A stretch of 64,000 nt of DNA from Amoebophrya sp. A120 (GCA_905178155.1 CAJINV010000003.1:6877612-6941611), one strand, 5' to 3'. Counted from the first letter of the stretch, positions 24,801 to 39,800 are shown. Translations and numbers: made by a program. Notes: generated by a model from the letters alone, not told the origin.

Positions 24801-27800
24801 CGTTTTTTCATCCGATCATGCGATGCTTCATACAACAATCAAAATAATAACAGACCGAGGAAGGGTGGTGCGGGGCTTCGGTCACGTGCTGCCCTTCCTC
24901 ACGCCAACCCGGGAAGAAGACAACCGCAGGGGCTGCTGATGCCCAGCCACGAAAACCTGCACTGAGTGGAGTTGCGCCTGCTGCTGCCGCAGCAGGCTGG
25001 AAGCACGTAGATAGACGCCTCAGTACGTCTGAACCACCTAGAAAAAATAGTTTATCGCCTGTTCACAGGCAACCTCGATCGCACTAATTAACACGTACTG
25101 AGGCTAGGCTCAACCGGGTGAGTAGGTATGCCTTTGCAGGCTTAGAAACCGCCCCAGATCTCCCATATCGCCCCCTGTAGATCTAAAATTTTGTATGCGG
25201 CGAGACGAAGACCATGGATTACGGTGGAGACCCATGGCACTAGAATAACTATGTATGACCCGACGCGTGCAAGAGTTGATCAGATGCAGGGGTAGTAGTG
25301 TAGTTTTTGTTGTTCAGTAGCCGAAGGGACCATACAAACCTTAGTACAAGTCTAACAGAACCACTGACGCCGTGGTGCGAAAGCAAAGAAGTAGATCGGT
25401 CCTGTAAATCCAAAAAATGTCTTTCCACATGTTCCAACTCTGCAGCGCGGGATCCAGGCATGCCACAAAGTTAACAGTTGTAGTCAGCACGGGTTCAGGG
25501 CTTTACTTACATAGTGGCGTCGGTAGAAGCGAAAATGATTTTACAGATCATCTTGTAGAAAACTTGTATATAGCTCGGGGTTTAGGGTAAAGGCGTGTTC
25601 TCACGTCAGAGAGGCGACCACACTGCCCCCTCCTAGTCGTGTGCCAGGTTGCGAAAAGATGTAAAACCGCTCCTATCTATCGAGGGTTGGGGTAAGAGGC
25701 AACGCCAATCACCACCTATCTAAAGCTAAAACGCAAGTCTCCAAGTCCAAGCCCAGACATAATATTTGCCATGCATATCACCTGCCACACCACACGGATC
25801 AGCACCTTGGTCATGGGTTTCACCGCAATGTAGCCGTCCTCGGCACTGGAAAGCTGCCGGAGACCGTCGATCAAGTTCAACTATGCATTGCAAATATCCC
25901 TGCCCCTAGACGTCTGCAAAAGTATTAGTGTTACCTGTGCTGTGTCCATCCTGTAAAATGTGTACTATCGGATAAGGTAACCGACAAAAACGAATCCTGT
26001 TTTGTCATGCAAAAACACAGTTTCTATTTCTAATCCTAATGCGCGGCGGCGGCCGCGCTACGTATCAAGAGGCGTCCTCAAAATTTGTCATGCTTGGTGG
26101 CACGACTCAGGAGTGTGCTCAATGAATTATCGTGTTCGTGGCCATTCCGCATCACAAGTTTCTTTCCAGACATCCAGGGATCCGTTTGCAATCCATATCA
26201 AGACTGTGTCGTCAATCTGGTCCACCAGCGCGTTCAGCTGCACCGGGTCCGTATCAAATGCAAACGCGTCTGGGTCTGGAAGATTGCTAGCTTTGTCATG
26301 CATATCTGACATGACTCGAGACTCTGTGATGCGTGGGCACGAAAAGGTCCTCTTACGTGTGATGCAAAAACAAAAACGCAGTTTGTCACGCGGAATGCGC
26401 AACAGATATTTCTAATCAGGACAAAAATTATTTGTCATGCTTGGGCGCGTATTCGTATTGCAGTTCGGGTTCGCGTATGATCAGTCATTATCATTTTATT
26501 TAGCATTACAACTTTCTAGACCCAGCAGACCACGTAATTGCAATGCATAGTCTGTGGGCCAGTGCAACGGCTTCACGGCTTGCACCAAAGCTTCCGTGCG
26601 CTCCCGGTTCACGCGGATGGTAATCCCGGGCAGCAGCATGGGCGGGTTCGCGGGGATACCCTGCGCGCAGCCGCGGACCGTGGTAGAACACAGCGCGCGC
26701 CCTATCATGTGTAAAAACGTCCTCACCTCCCCATAGTCAAGTCTGCTGTTGCGCATGACAAGTTTGGTCTCGTAGTGTAACGCTCTTCAGCCAGTTCAGC
26801 AGCATCACGGATCTAGTATAATATCTCATGCTGATTTTTGGAGGAGCATGACATATTCCGAAGATAAACGACTAGAAATTGCTTCCCATGGGGCTGCTTC
26901 GCATGGGAAATCTGCAGGCAGCATGCAGATTTGCATATACAACTACGGGGAGGAGACGTTTTTAGTTAGGATACGCCCGCGCGCGAACGGCTCGGCCGCC
27001 CACAGCCTTGGCTCCCCGTTCACGTAGTTATCCTGTGCAAAAGCATCGCACTCATAGCAATCGCAAACATGCATTACAAATCTTGCTCTTAAGGTAAACC
27101 CGCATTACAAAATCATATTTCTCATGCTGAGGAAATTTGTAATGCATTTATACCAGTACGATACTTTTGCAGTTCGTAGTAGTCCGTCTCCGCCGACTGG
27201 GTCATGAATTTCCGCTCCACCTCCAGAAACTTGTCGTCAAACGTCAGCTCGTAAGTTGCCTCCAGGTCGATCGTGTACTCTGGCATTACCACGCGGTACT
27301 GCAGTCCGGGCCGCACCTCAGGGTACAGCCAGTGACCCGTCAGCGGACCTTCGATGCGGTAGTCCATAATGTTTTTCGGCGGAAATTCGGCCAAGCAAAA
27401 GAGCCGGAACTTCCCGCTCGCTTTGTCGCGCATCTGGTCCCGGTTCAGACACGTCCGCGAGGGTTCCCCGGTTTGCGGGTGGAAGAACGGCGTAATAGTG
27501 CAGTTGTGCACGCGAAACCGGTCGTGTATGGCGTTCTCAACTGTTACATTCTCAGCTGTTACATGAATTTGTGACGCTAAACCGACCGAAACCAACCACA
27601 TGAATTTGTGATGCAAGAATGGCAAAAGTGACAGGGGTGACCTTGCGCCTCTTGCATGACAGATCTGGCACAGATTCCGAGCCTGTTTGACTCTTCGAGA
27701 ATTTGTCATGCGAAGCAGCTTCCTCGTGTCGGTTTTGGTTGTGTTTTTGCATTACAAATCATGTAACAGTTGAGAATGTAACATTTGAGAACGCCATATC

Positions 27801-30800
27801 GTGGATGGGGTGATAGGCCCACTGGTTGTGGAACGGGGCGTATCCTGTGCAAAAGTATCGTACTCGTAGTAATTGCAGTCATGCATTACAAATCTCGTTC
27901 CTAAGGCAAATCAGCATGACAAATTGCATTTTTCATGCTGAGGGAATTTGTCATGCAATTTATACTAGTACGATACTTTTGCAGTTCATAGGGCGTACTC
28001 CTCCGCGCGGTTGGTGCCGTACACGTTTGTGATACGCTCCCCGGGGATGTTCTTTTTGGGGCAGAGGAATCGCAGCTTGACCCGCCTTGGCATCACGAAC
28101 ATGGCCAAGTCCACCGCCATGGTTTCGGGGGACTTGTAGTTCTCTTTCGAAGTGGGGAGGTAACGGTTCTGTGGCAGGTACATACTGCCCTTGTCCCGGA
28201 ACAGGTTCACCTTGCTGATCGTCTGCACGTCGTAAGACACGACTTTTTTCGAAGCGGGGATGAGGGCCGCAACGCTCTTGGCGAAGTCTGCGATGGCAGC
28301 GGACGCGGCGGCGTATGGAAGCCTCAGCCTCAGGTTGGAAATTCTCAAGAAATAAGTGGCAATAATCTCGTCCTGCGATGCATGAAGATGTCGAAATGCG
28401 GTGCCACAAATGTTGACTCTGTTGCAGCACAGGACGTCGCAACGGGGGCTGACGTCTACTGTGGCCCTGCTACAGTGGGTGTTTAAGAATTGTTGGGATG
28501 GGTGGCTGATGACGATTAGCATGACAGAAGGGTAGAAGTAACCCTTTGCCCTAAAAAATAGCAAGAGAGGTGGTAGGCTTCAAGTAGAGCCCGGCAAATT
28601 TGTCATGCGCCGACCAAAAATAAGTAAAACTATAACGGCACTGTAACTACAACTGAAGTCGTTTCTTTTGATTCGGGATTATATATCACTTTGAAAATTT
28701 GAATTTCCAAACTGAGGCTTTCATACGGCGGTGTCAGTGGCGCTCTGGCCGCTCGTGTCGTGTTTCATGTCGAAGAATCCAAGCTGCTCGAGCTGTGCCT
28801 GCGACAGGAACGGCCAGGCGCACGATATGCACGAAAAAAACTGTGTAAGTGTAAGTCTAGAGTTCTGTGTAAAAACCCAGAAGGAACAAGTTATGGGAAA
28901 TTCTAAGTCTCCTGTAATGCAAAGCGTAATGCGACATTACAGTGTACACTTGTCATGCTAGGCAGCCGCGAATCCCTATGTCATATGCGTCTTCACGTAC
29001 TAGCTGTGCGTGACTGGATTTCTCTGTTATGCGGAGCAGATCTGTCATGGTGTCACTCATCAAAGAAACCTACGCTAATCGACCGTTTTTTTCCTGGATA
29101 AACGAAGGAACCATGTTAATCGTGGGGTTCGCAGGCCACAAACTCTCGTCCGTCCAATCTAGCACAGGCTGACTGGCTTCGCCTGCACAGGCCACACTCA
29201 TGTTCGCTATCCCATGAAAAAAGTGCTCTTACACTTACACATGGTGCTGCAGGTGGACGACCACCGGCAACACAGACAATCTTTGTATTGTCATGCACGA
29301 AATGCTCCTTTCGAGCATCGTTTCATATGTGTTTATTTCCCTTATCATGATCTCTGCATTGCAAGTTTTTTTCTTCATCATGCAGAGAAAATTCGTGTTG
29401 CTGAATTCACAACATCAAATGTGCAACTGTTGTATGGAGCACTTTTTTCCCATGATATTCGCCGCCGACGCGCCAGTTAGCATCCGCACAATCCGCTCGC
29501 TATGCAATGCAAAAGTATCGTACAACTCGTAGTAATTGCAGTCCTGAATTACAAATTCTTTTAGCATTAGCAAGGCGCATCCGCATTCGAAATTTCATTT
29601 CTCAAGCTGAGGAAATTTGTAATGCAAGTATACGAGGACGAGGAGTACGATACTTTCGCAATTCATACTCGCCGTGCCCGCCGCGAATGTTAGGCCCGGC
29701 AAGCATCTCCTGTAGCTGCCGCCTCATGGCAAGCGCTTCGGTTCGGGTTGCTAGCATTCCACCCGCTCCTGCCTGACCAGTACCAGGAGCATTTTCCTTT
29801 TGACCTTCATCAAGGTCAGCTTCATCTGTAGCAACGGCACCGGCAAGGCCGCTTGTTCTACTGCCTTGCCGAGCATCGGCAGAGGAAGGCACCGACCGCT
29901 GAAGACCTCGCGTAGCGGCGCCCGCCTGGCTTGCAGAGTAGTCGAAACCTTTTAGAAGTCGGCTCGATAATTTGGCGTTGATTTGGAACATCGGCTCGTA
30001 AGCTGTGCTTGTTTGTTCTTCATCCAGCGGCCTGGCCAGTGAAGAGGTCCTGTTCCACACCGTGCTCAACATATCTTCGTGGTCGTCCTTTCGAGCGCCC
30101 CCTAGGTTTCGTGCGGGGAACAGCAACCCAGGTTGCGCTCCTGAGGAGACAAGCCGCTCATCTAGTACTTCCACCTGCAAGTGTCTGGCCGCGTTGCTGT
30201 TGTTCCCTGTAGCACGACCTCGTGCTGCCGCGTGCTCTGCACGGGAAAGAGCCTGAGGAGAGATAGAACCCTCGTCGCTTCTGTCACCGTCAGGGGCCGG
30301 GACCAGCACCCGGCGTTCCCAGGCGGGACGGGCGGGGTCCGGTGCTAGGCGCTGAAAGTGCTCAGAGAAGACGGGTGGAAAGCCGTTCCGGTGCAGGACC
30401 GCATTCACCTGGTCTTGCAGCTATCAAATGCAAATATGTCTGGGTCGTCTGGATGAGTCCAGGAGCTTGATCTCATGATGCCGATTTTTTTTGGAAGATG
30501 CACGACCACCACAAGGAGGAACGACTGGAGTTGTGCAGGGTATGGTACCACAGGTTTTCTATGTGCTTTGCTATGCATATGATCCCGCATGAGAAATGTC
30601 GTTTTAGTACCAGGCCAAAGCTGGGCCTGGGCTTCTTGTCGTGCTACCCGCGAAACAATCAAGAGGACAAGTTTTCATATGAAGATCTGCGGGATCACCA
30701 CGCGTCCCGACTTGCAACCTTCCAAACCCAGAGGACATATTTGCAATGCATAGAAGCTCCGCCAGCGTGCGCACCCCCCGCGAAGCGGCTTCCAGTTCTG

Positions 30801-33800
30801 CGAACAAAGCTCGGCCACTATCGTAAGCAAAAACCCTCCCTCCGCATATCGAAAAGCCACGCCTCAGAGACTTTGCGATGCTGATTTGTGACCAAAAATC
30901 GCGTCTGTCTTGCAAGAAAGCAACGGCATAGGCTCCCCCCCCCATTATGCGGGCGGTTTGAGTTTGTAATGCTGTTGGGCCTACAGCATAGGCGTTCCTC
31001 ATGCTAAGTGCCTACGGCCAAAACCTTTCCACAATGGCATGACTTGGGCCTGCAGCAGGCCCCTACTGCAAGACAAATCTGATTTGTGTACGCAAATCCA
31101 GCACCAGAAGATTCGTTTTGATGTGGGGAGGGGGAGTTTTTCCTTTTGATAGCCACGCTCCGTGTGGTCCCAGAACAGGGCAAAGGCTCCTTCTTCGTCC
31201 GGCCCGGAAGCTGTGGAGGGTCGATTCGCGGTCGTTAAGACCTGGAGCGAAGGTGGCGGCCTCTCCGTTCTAGAGTTGAAGACGCTTGTCATTTCATGCG
31301 ACTGCAACAGACGCGGATCGTCCTCGTCGCCGTGCTGATTTTCGTAGCCGTGTCCAAGAAAAACAGGATGATCGTCGGATGGAATTGTTGATGTTGTTGT
31401 ACTTCTCTCTTCATGGACTGTGCTGGTGTCGTGGTCTTCTACTTCTGTGCTTGCGGGAATATTTTCAAAGCCGGATGATCCGGACGATCGTTCTTGCGGT
31501 AGTTCCTTGCCGCGAGCATCGTGCGCTCTTGTGCTGGCTGCCCCGATTTTTGCAGTAGCTGACGTCGACCTCGTCCCGGGCAGATCAGGACCACTGGCCT
31601 TCGTGCCCTTAATAACCGGGAACCTGATCGCCTGCTTCAGATCCCGGCGAAACTGATTACCGATGTCGGCTTGCAGCTGCCTGCGCAGCAGTTGCTCGGG
31701 GGACAGGGGAGTGAAGTAATTGGGCACCTCCCGCTGGTTCAGCGTGGTGTGGAGCTCGTCGTCCGCGTCGACAGGGTCCGCCGCGCTGCGCTTAAGCTTA
31801 TCGCGTCCGCTCTTTATTCCTGTCCCTGCTCCCGCAGTACGCCGTAGGGATGAGGCGGAGGGTGCAGAAGACGATGCTGATACCAGAAGGCGTCGCCAGC
31901 GACGGTCGACAGGTATGCAAGGGAAGTGGGTGGTTTTATTCTACAAAATCTGCCAAGTAGCCGCGAATGAAGAAAGAATCCAAGAATCTATGGCGCTGCT
32001 TCGTATCATTGTTCCGATGAAGCACACTAGATATCACGACTTCTACGCTGGTGCGCATAGGGTTGTAGTTGACTGCATAAGTATAAGAACCTCTTCTAAG
32101 CTTAGCTTGTTGCTTTTTTTTTCTTTGAGGTGTGCTTTTAGCTTTTCTACTTGCATATGACAGAATTAGTTATATTATAACGTGGGACTCCTCGTCGCAC
32201 TCGGAGACAAACTACGAGGAGAAGTCACCAAGTAGAAATCCTCAATGCGAGACTGGGAATCGACGCGCTAGTCGTACCAGCAGCCGGCGATTATATGAAA
32301 ATCACTCACTTCCCTGCGATAGCGAAAAGTTTCTGCGTCAGCAGCTCTGCGGTCGTACCGGCATCAGGGAGCGCTGTCGCTCCGCCAGCCTCCAGGTTTG
32401 CAGTCTGCGTCACCCAAGGGTAGTCTTCCGCAAGAGCGCCCAAGGCATGCTGCGTCGACGTTGCAGCTTCTATTTCCTCGTCTTCGTCTTCGTCAATCAC
32501 GATCATGTTGCCACTTGTTGTTTTTTCTTGTTGCAATCGTCGTAATCCCCATGGCGATGCTTCTTCACAACAACTATTGTGACAAGATTCAGTATTCGGT
32601 GATTGTATATTGCAGGGGACGTGGCCGGGTTTTTTTCGGTAGTTCGAGCCCCATTTCTGACTGCAACTGGCGTTAGTAATAGCCGTCCAGCTACTACAAC
32701 GTTTCCACAGATCTCCATTTGGTACTGCACAACAGCCGCCGTCAATCACGGCGCTTAAGCAATGCTGTCGCTTTAGCTGCAGAGTTCTGTCGTCCCAGTT
32801 TTGCACGTTAGCGCCACTGCAATGTCGTGGTGTTTGTTGCTGATCGTCAATGTAGATTGAAGCCACAATCTGACTATTCTTATGGTACGCTCGACAAGCG
32901 TTGTGGTCTATAGGGACCGTTGGAAAAGCGTTGCATGGGATCAATCTCTTGTTGCAGCACCCGCCTTCATCCGTGAGTCTTGCGCATTCCTTTTTAGTTT
33001 CGAACTGGCACTTCTCAGTTTTGTCCTTCCCTGCTTTCAAGGTCGGATGCGTTTGCATGCACAAGGAGTCGGTCACACCAGACCACCACTCACATTTGTT
33101 CCACCAGGTGTCGCGTTGCCAGACTACACTATCAGGAGCAGTCTTCTTCTTACAGCATCTGAATTTGTCCTCCAGTCCCCTCGTACAGAGCTCAGTTTTC
33201 CTATCCGTATCTTTCGACCACAGCCGACACTCTCGCCAGGATGCTGATCCTTCCACCTTCTCATGCCCCATGTTCGTCTTGCACAAGTCAGTCAGCGATT
33301 GGCCAGCCGGAACGACTCCGCTATTTGCGTTGCACCCAAAGCTTTCTGGTGCGTAGTCACAGCAACCCCAACCACCTGCTTCATTTGCTTCTTTGACGCA
33401 GTCCGCGAAGGTGGAGCCCTGGCACACGGCGCCGGGCTTCTTCGGAGGTGGGTAATCTCCGGGGTTGTAGGTTCGACAATCCTGGTCTGTAATGTCGGCA
33501 CAGGAATAATATGAGGAGACGCAGCAGGCGTCGGGCCCTGTGGTAGAGCCGCAACCGTCCTTGTTCGCCAGGCTACAGGTACGGTCCTCGACCAAGCGGT
33601 GCCCTTCCGGACAGCGGTCGTCCACTCCGCGGCACAGCCAATCCTCCTGTTCGTGGGCGGCGCGGCAGCAGCCTCTTGGCAGCAGAGCAGCTGCTGTAGA
33701 ACCGGAGGACGCGCCGGCTACCGCAGGCTCGGAGAGCATCAAGCACGCCGTCTCGAAATCATGGGTGCACACGCTTTGAGCATCCGCCTTCTTGTGCCCG

Positions 33801-36800
33801 GGCCCGTGCACATCTACACACCGCGCGTCGTCAATGCGCTCCCAGTTCGAGCAGACGGTCCAGAGCTCCTGTTGGGTGTCTGCTGACGGAACGCTGCAAC
33901 AGCCAGGCGATCGACCGTCGTCCTCGCCCGGCCGCTCGTGCAATCTCGCAGCGCAGTCCCAAGCCTGTTCCTCATTAGTCAACTCCGACGTGGTGTGGGT
34001 TGCTGTAGTCCCGTCGGCGATATAAATTGCAAAAGTAACGTACTAGTATAAATTGCAATAGAAATTGGCTCAGCATTACAAATTGAATTTGTAATGCGGA
34101 TTTGCCTTAGGAACTAGATTTGTAATGCATAAACGCAATTACTACGAGTACGATACTTTTGCACAGGATAGGCGAGGACCTGTGTGACTACGTGGTATTT
34201 TCTGGGCTTGCACCAAGTCGCTTCTCCGTCGACATTTTCTGGATTAAATACCGCCGCTTCGTTACCCATCTCCTCTCGGCACATCTCGGTGGTTACCCCC
34301 AAAGCACTACACGATTTCGGGGACTCCTCAACTTCCTGGCAACAGAGAGACTGCGCACACGTGTAGCGACTTTGTCCTCCACTACAAGTCTCCTCGGGAA
34401 AGTAGTAGTAATTATCTCCTCTCGTGTTTTTGCAACTACTTGGTTCAAAATTCCACGACGCACAGGATTCAAAAACATGCAGGGGTAGATCTTGGTAGCT
34501 GCAGCATTTATCATCTTCCACGAGGCCTTCGGTGCAATAGATGGCGACTTCCACGCTCGTCAAAGTGCTGGGCCAGTACTTGCACTCTGCGTTAGGGTCA
34601 CTGGTCCCATGCACAAGTCGGTGCCCCATTTGATATCGACAAAAAGCGGCGTCGGGAAAGCGTTTGGGTGCTTCTGCGAGCGGCTGTTCGAAGGACGTCG
34701 GATGTGGAAGCTCCCCGCACTTGATGCTTCCCGGAGTGCCCGAGTTGGACGATGGTGGCGGATCGCCGCAACAACCTCCGCTGTCTATGTGTGCGGCACA
34801 TTGCTCCTTTGTTGTAAATTGGCAGATTTCATTGGATTCATCTCGATGAGCCACACTGGTAGCGGGATGAGACTGCTGACACATATCAAATGTGACGCCA
34901 GTCCAGAACTTACATCGCGATCGCTCTGCCTGGTAGAGAAACTCGTTTAATCCACCCGGCAACGTACTACTTGGGTCGCCCAGCGAACAGCACCCGTCTT
35001 CGAGTTTGGCACACCGCTCGCGGATCTCGTCGTCTGTTGGCGATGCGTTGTCATTGATCTCAAATTTGCATTCCCGCACGGGCGTCGGTTCTCTGTATGC
35101 TATCACCTTGGAATTCCCAACATTATCTATGCAGTCTGCGTTTGTGAGTGGCGTCCCGCCAACATCTGTTCCTGCTCCACTCGTCTCGACGAAGGGCGGG
35201 AGCGAGTGGCAGGAATAAGTGTGCTGGACGATAGTGATCGGAGGCTCTGCCTGGCAACAGGTAAAAAGGCCTTCGCTGTGGCCTCCGCAACCGGACCCAA
35301 GGTCGACGGGGGCAAAACCGTCCGCGCACTTTTTCTCCAGAGATAAGGCAGTCGGAGCGCAGCAGGGGTAGTCTCCCTCACCGCGGCACTGTTCGTGGTA
35401 ACTTACTTTGGTGTTGCTGCCGCAGACCGCGGGGCCGGTGTACTCGTACCCACTCCCTTGCGCAACACGGTTGACCGAGGTATGGCGTTCTCAAATGTAG
35501 TTACATGCTCAGCTGTTACATGGTTTGTCATGTTGGAAGGCTAAGGGCTGGGCGTCCCCTCGTAAATTAATCCGACAAACAGTAGCCTGAGGTCCTGAGG
35601 TGGGTGACGCGCCCGAGAGCACAGACACCGGCGGAATGGTGACGACCAGAAGGGTCAGGAGACTCACCTTTTGCGAAGGAAGTAGCCGCATACCCGGTAA
35701 ACTCTAGAAAAAATTACTTGGAGGACAAGGCGATTTTTATCGAAAGACAACCACAACAGCATCTGGGACGGCCGCGACGAAAGCTGTGTGGATATCTGGA
35801 TAGGAATAGCCCTGTACAAAAAATTTTTCTAGCACCGAGGCATTAAAAAGAAAGGTAAAAAAGCGATAAAAGTGCTACTAAGACACAGTCCCACCTACAA
35901 CGAAAAAATCACCCTAAACGTCATAGCCCCTGTAATAGCAGTCAAAAGTGTCCTCAACACGGGAGCGTGCGTGTGACAACAACACACAAGGACTTGCATG
36001 CAAACGGCCAGCAAAAACGAACCTGGTGACGACAGAGAGACCCAGGTGGGAAATACAAGCACCTGGGCGGACCAGGGAGGAAAATGCAAGACAAAAACCA
36101 AAAAACAGACACAGATCATGACAAAAACGGCCGGGATGTTACATGGTTTATCATGCAAAATTCCCTTCAGAGTCGACACCTTCAAGCTGCTTCGCATGAC
36201 AAATTCTCAGAGGGCCACGCAGGCTGATAATCTGTTCCAAATCTGTCACGCAAGACGCGCAAGGTCACCTCGTTCACTACTTTTTCCATTCTTGCGTCAC
36301 AAACTCATGTAACACTTGAGAATATAACAGTTGAGAATGCCATACGAGGGTAGGTCATTCCAATGGGGACACTCGATGTTTCGGTTTCTCTTCCAGCATA
36401 TGCATTGCAAAAGTATCGCACTCGTATAAATGCATTACACATTTCCCCAGCATGATCATGCGGATTTACCTTAAGAAAAGAATTTGTGACGCATGACTGC
36501 AATTGCTACGAGTACGATACTTTTGCACAGGATACAGCACCAAGACGGTGTCCCAGACCAGGGATCTCCTCCACCTCCCGGGGGACCTATGGAAGCGTCA
36601 GGTTTCAAATCGACAAAGTTGAAATGATCTGCCATGCATAAAAAGGATGCCAGTTGGAGCCCAGTTTGCAAGTGGCGCATGACAAATTTTGGCGGTTCCT
36701 AAATCCAGTTTGTCATGCTGTTTAGGCAAAGAAGACTGATTTTCTCATACTACGTACTTTAGCAGCTCGAGCTCTAACCCCAAACAGGCTTACAATCGGC

Positions 36801-39800
36801 CGCACTTGCCTGCTCTGTAACACACGTGCCTCGCGCCATGCATTTTATGCATTGCGAATTATTTCAACTTTGACGATTTCGATCCTGACACATCCATAGG
36901 ACCTGGGAAAAGTTTATTGACGTTTTCCGAGTCCCAATTTCCATCTGCTGGCGCTGGCTGCGCCTCACAGTGTCCACTGTCTTTGAGAAACTCTCCGGGT
37001 TTCACGGGTGAAGCAAGGGGGGCACCATCGGACTCGACATCCACGTACCCAGCGTAGCATTTTCCGTCGGAACACCATGCTGGACTGTTGGGGTTGGAAG
37101 GGCTTGTCCCCGCAGATGGGTTGCATCCCAGATACTTGCAGTCGCTGGACTGTACGCACCAGAGCGGGGCTATGCCACGAAAAAACTGCCTCACGCTCAC
37201 TGTGATGACTTGGCAGGATCACCTTGTCCTTTTGCGTCAACATTACAAATTTGCTGCACATAACAAGACAGATGAAAGAACTCGGTGCTTTACTCCAAGA
37301 GGGCTGGGGCGGGAGTAAACGGCTAAATAAAATTCCATATCATCTTGCATTTCGAGCACGACACACAGACACGTGTGTTTGGCATTCTCTGGTGCGATGC
37401 TGGCGTCGCTACCACAAGTTCAACACAGTGAGTCAGTTTTTTCTTGCGATAGGGGTGGTCGTCAGTGTAGTAGTCGTAGTAGTGGTTGTGGTTGGGGGTA
37501 TGCCCTCTATCAAATGCAAAAGTGTCTGGGTCTGGAAGATTCTGACACTTGTCATGCACGTTTTGGATGAGCCCTTATGTCTGTGATGCATGCCCTAGCG
37601 GCACAGATTTTTTGAAAGCTTCTTGATGGCTATTCCGCATGACAAATGCCATCTCCGCGTAGCAAGAATTACATTCCCTTTGGTACTCATGCAATACAAA
37701 TTTTTCTGGAATCCAAATGCAGCATCACAAGTTGGATTCTTCCAGACCCAGACATTTTTACATTTGATACCCTCCATGAGGGGACAACACACGTCCACGG
37801 TGCAGGGTGGTTGACCTGGAGGGACTAAGCGGCAGCGAGTCGTCGCGTCCTGCGTAACATCCCGAGACCAATGCGTCAGAATCGCTGCAGACATTTCCTG
37901 GCAGGCCGGGTGCAGTGTCGAGCAAGTCGGAACGTCCCGCGCGGCACAGCAGACCTCCGGCGTGCAGCTGGACGCCGCCTCGCCCGTGCATTTACTTTCG
38001 GGCGACACTACTGCACTGCCATAGGCGGTCTCGCACTGGTTTCCGAGAGAAGAGCTCGCGTCCACGCAGCGCGCGCGGGGTTTCAGTTCGCAGCATTCGC
38101 GGTTCGCGCAGAAACCGGGCCTCCGGCAAGGCGTACCAGCAGGAGCCGGCCGAAACTCCCCCGGAGAAGACCGCTCCTCGTCGACGTGGCGGCTGCAGGC
38201 GGTGTGCCAGTTGAAGGAAGCGTTGTGCCGCGCCTGCATCAACTGCGCAAAACTCCCACAAGTGTCCGGCGGCGTCACGCACGTGCCATTGGCTATGCAT
38301 TGCAAAAGTATCGCACTCGTATAAATGCATTACAAATTTCCTCAGCGTGAGAAATAAAGTTTGTAAATGCAGATTTGCATTGGAAAGAAGATTTGTAATG
38401 CAGGACTTGCATTTATACGAGTACGATACTTTTGCACAGGATATTGGCCGTGGCTCCCCAATTCTCCACCAGGACCGAGCCCACCGCCGCGTCCAGGAAT
38501 GCACAACTGCATTCGGCCACCGCCCGTACGGTTTCCCCACCAGGGGACAGTTTGTACGGGTCCACTCGACACTGCTTGCCGTGGACGCCGCAGAGTAGCC
38601 CGGGGACCGGGCGCGCGTCCGGGAGGACCCCCGCGGCGGCATCGGTGTCGCTGTTGAAGTGCACGTCTTGCTCTTCTTGTTCGCACGGCGACCGACACGT
38701 CTCGCGGCCCGTGGTCGGAATCCGCACGTGCAGAAAGCCGGGTCCACAGGCGCAGCGGTAACCCCCGGGGCGGTCTTGCCGCGGAACGCAGGCGTTTATG
38801 TGGGAGTAGTCCTGCCCAGATCGCGCGTCGAATTCGCCGCACGGGTAGTCGGAGCACGGGGCCGGATGGAACCGGATCACACCCCGTCCGGCCGGAATGT
38901 CCGTCGAGCGGTCGGCGGCGACCTCCGTTGTGAGATTCCCGTCCGCCCGCGAGCCCGTCACCAGGTACATCATTCCATCAGGCCCTGCGGCCAGATCCAG
39001 AGGCACAATGTCGGCACCAGCTCCTGAGAACATTGCTCCTTCAACCCCGCCGACACTGGTGACAGTGCCAGCGTCCACCGCGAAATCGTGAAACACCTCC
39101 CAGCCTTCCTCTAGCAGAGTCAGGAACCGGTGCCTCCCGACCACGTGTTCGATCCTCGGTGCTGTTAGTTCTCGCCTGCGTTTTAGGGCCAGCCTCTGCG
39201 GCCCGGGACCTGTCCGACGGTCGCCAGCGACCGCCCGGGCGAAATGAGCTCCTTGTCCATGTGAGGACTCCGTTCTGCTAGTGGTCGGCGCGGTTCTCCT
39301 GCCCCTTTGTGCACGCACGCGAGCCTTCGTCTTCTCATTCTTCCTTTCACGTCGACGCGTGGTCTCTGCAACGGCGCGCGGATCGTGGCCTGCCCGACTG
39401 CCGGCGTGGCGCGAAGTTTTCAGCGAGAGCGTCCTGCGAGCGGGAGGTTGTCGACGAGGACCGTGATTTGCCGCGACAGCACTCCTGGTAGTTGTGCGAC
39501 CTCCTATTTCGCTGTGTGGGACTCTGGTCGTGGCATCGGGGCCAAGAACCCGCTCCCGTTGTTCGTAGCCGGCACGACCCCCAACACTGCCGCCAACAGA
39601 GCAACAACCGCCGACCGGTTCGCTAGAGTACAGACATGCAGCGGCCCTGCTGCTCGTGCGGCCGCTTGCTGCTGCTGCTCTGCCGAAATAACCGCCTCCC
39701 GCTGCCCGCTCCTCTTCGTCTGGGGCTCCCACGGAGTGGAGGTCGCTACGCAGGATGGCGGCCGGGAGCAGGCGACAGGTCGCCCTCGCTGCGAAGGACG

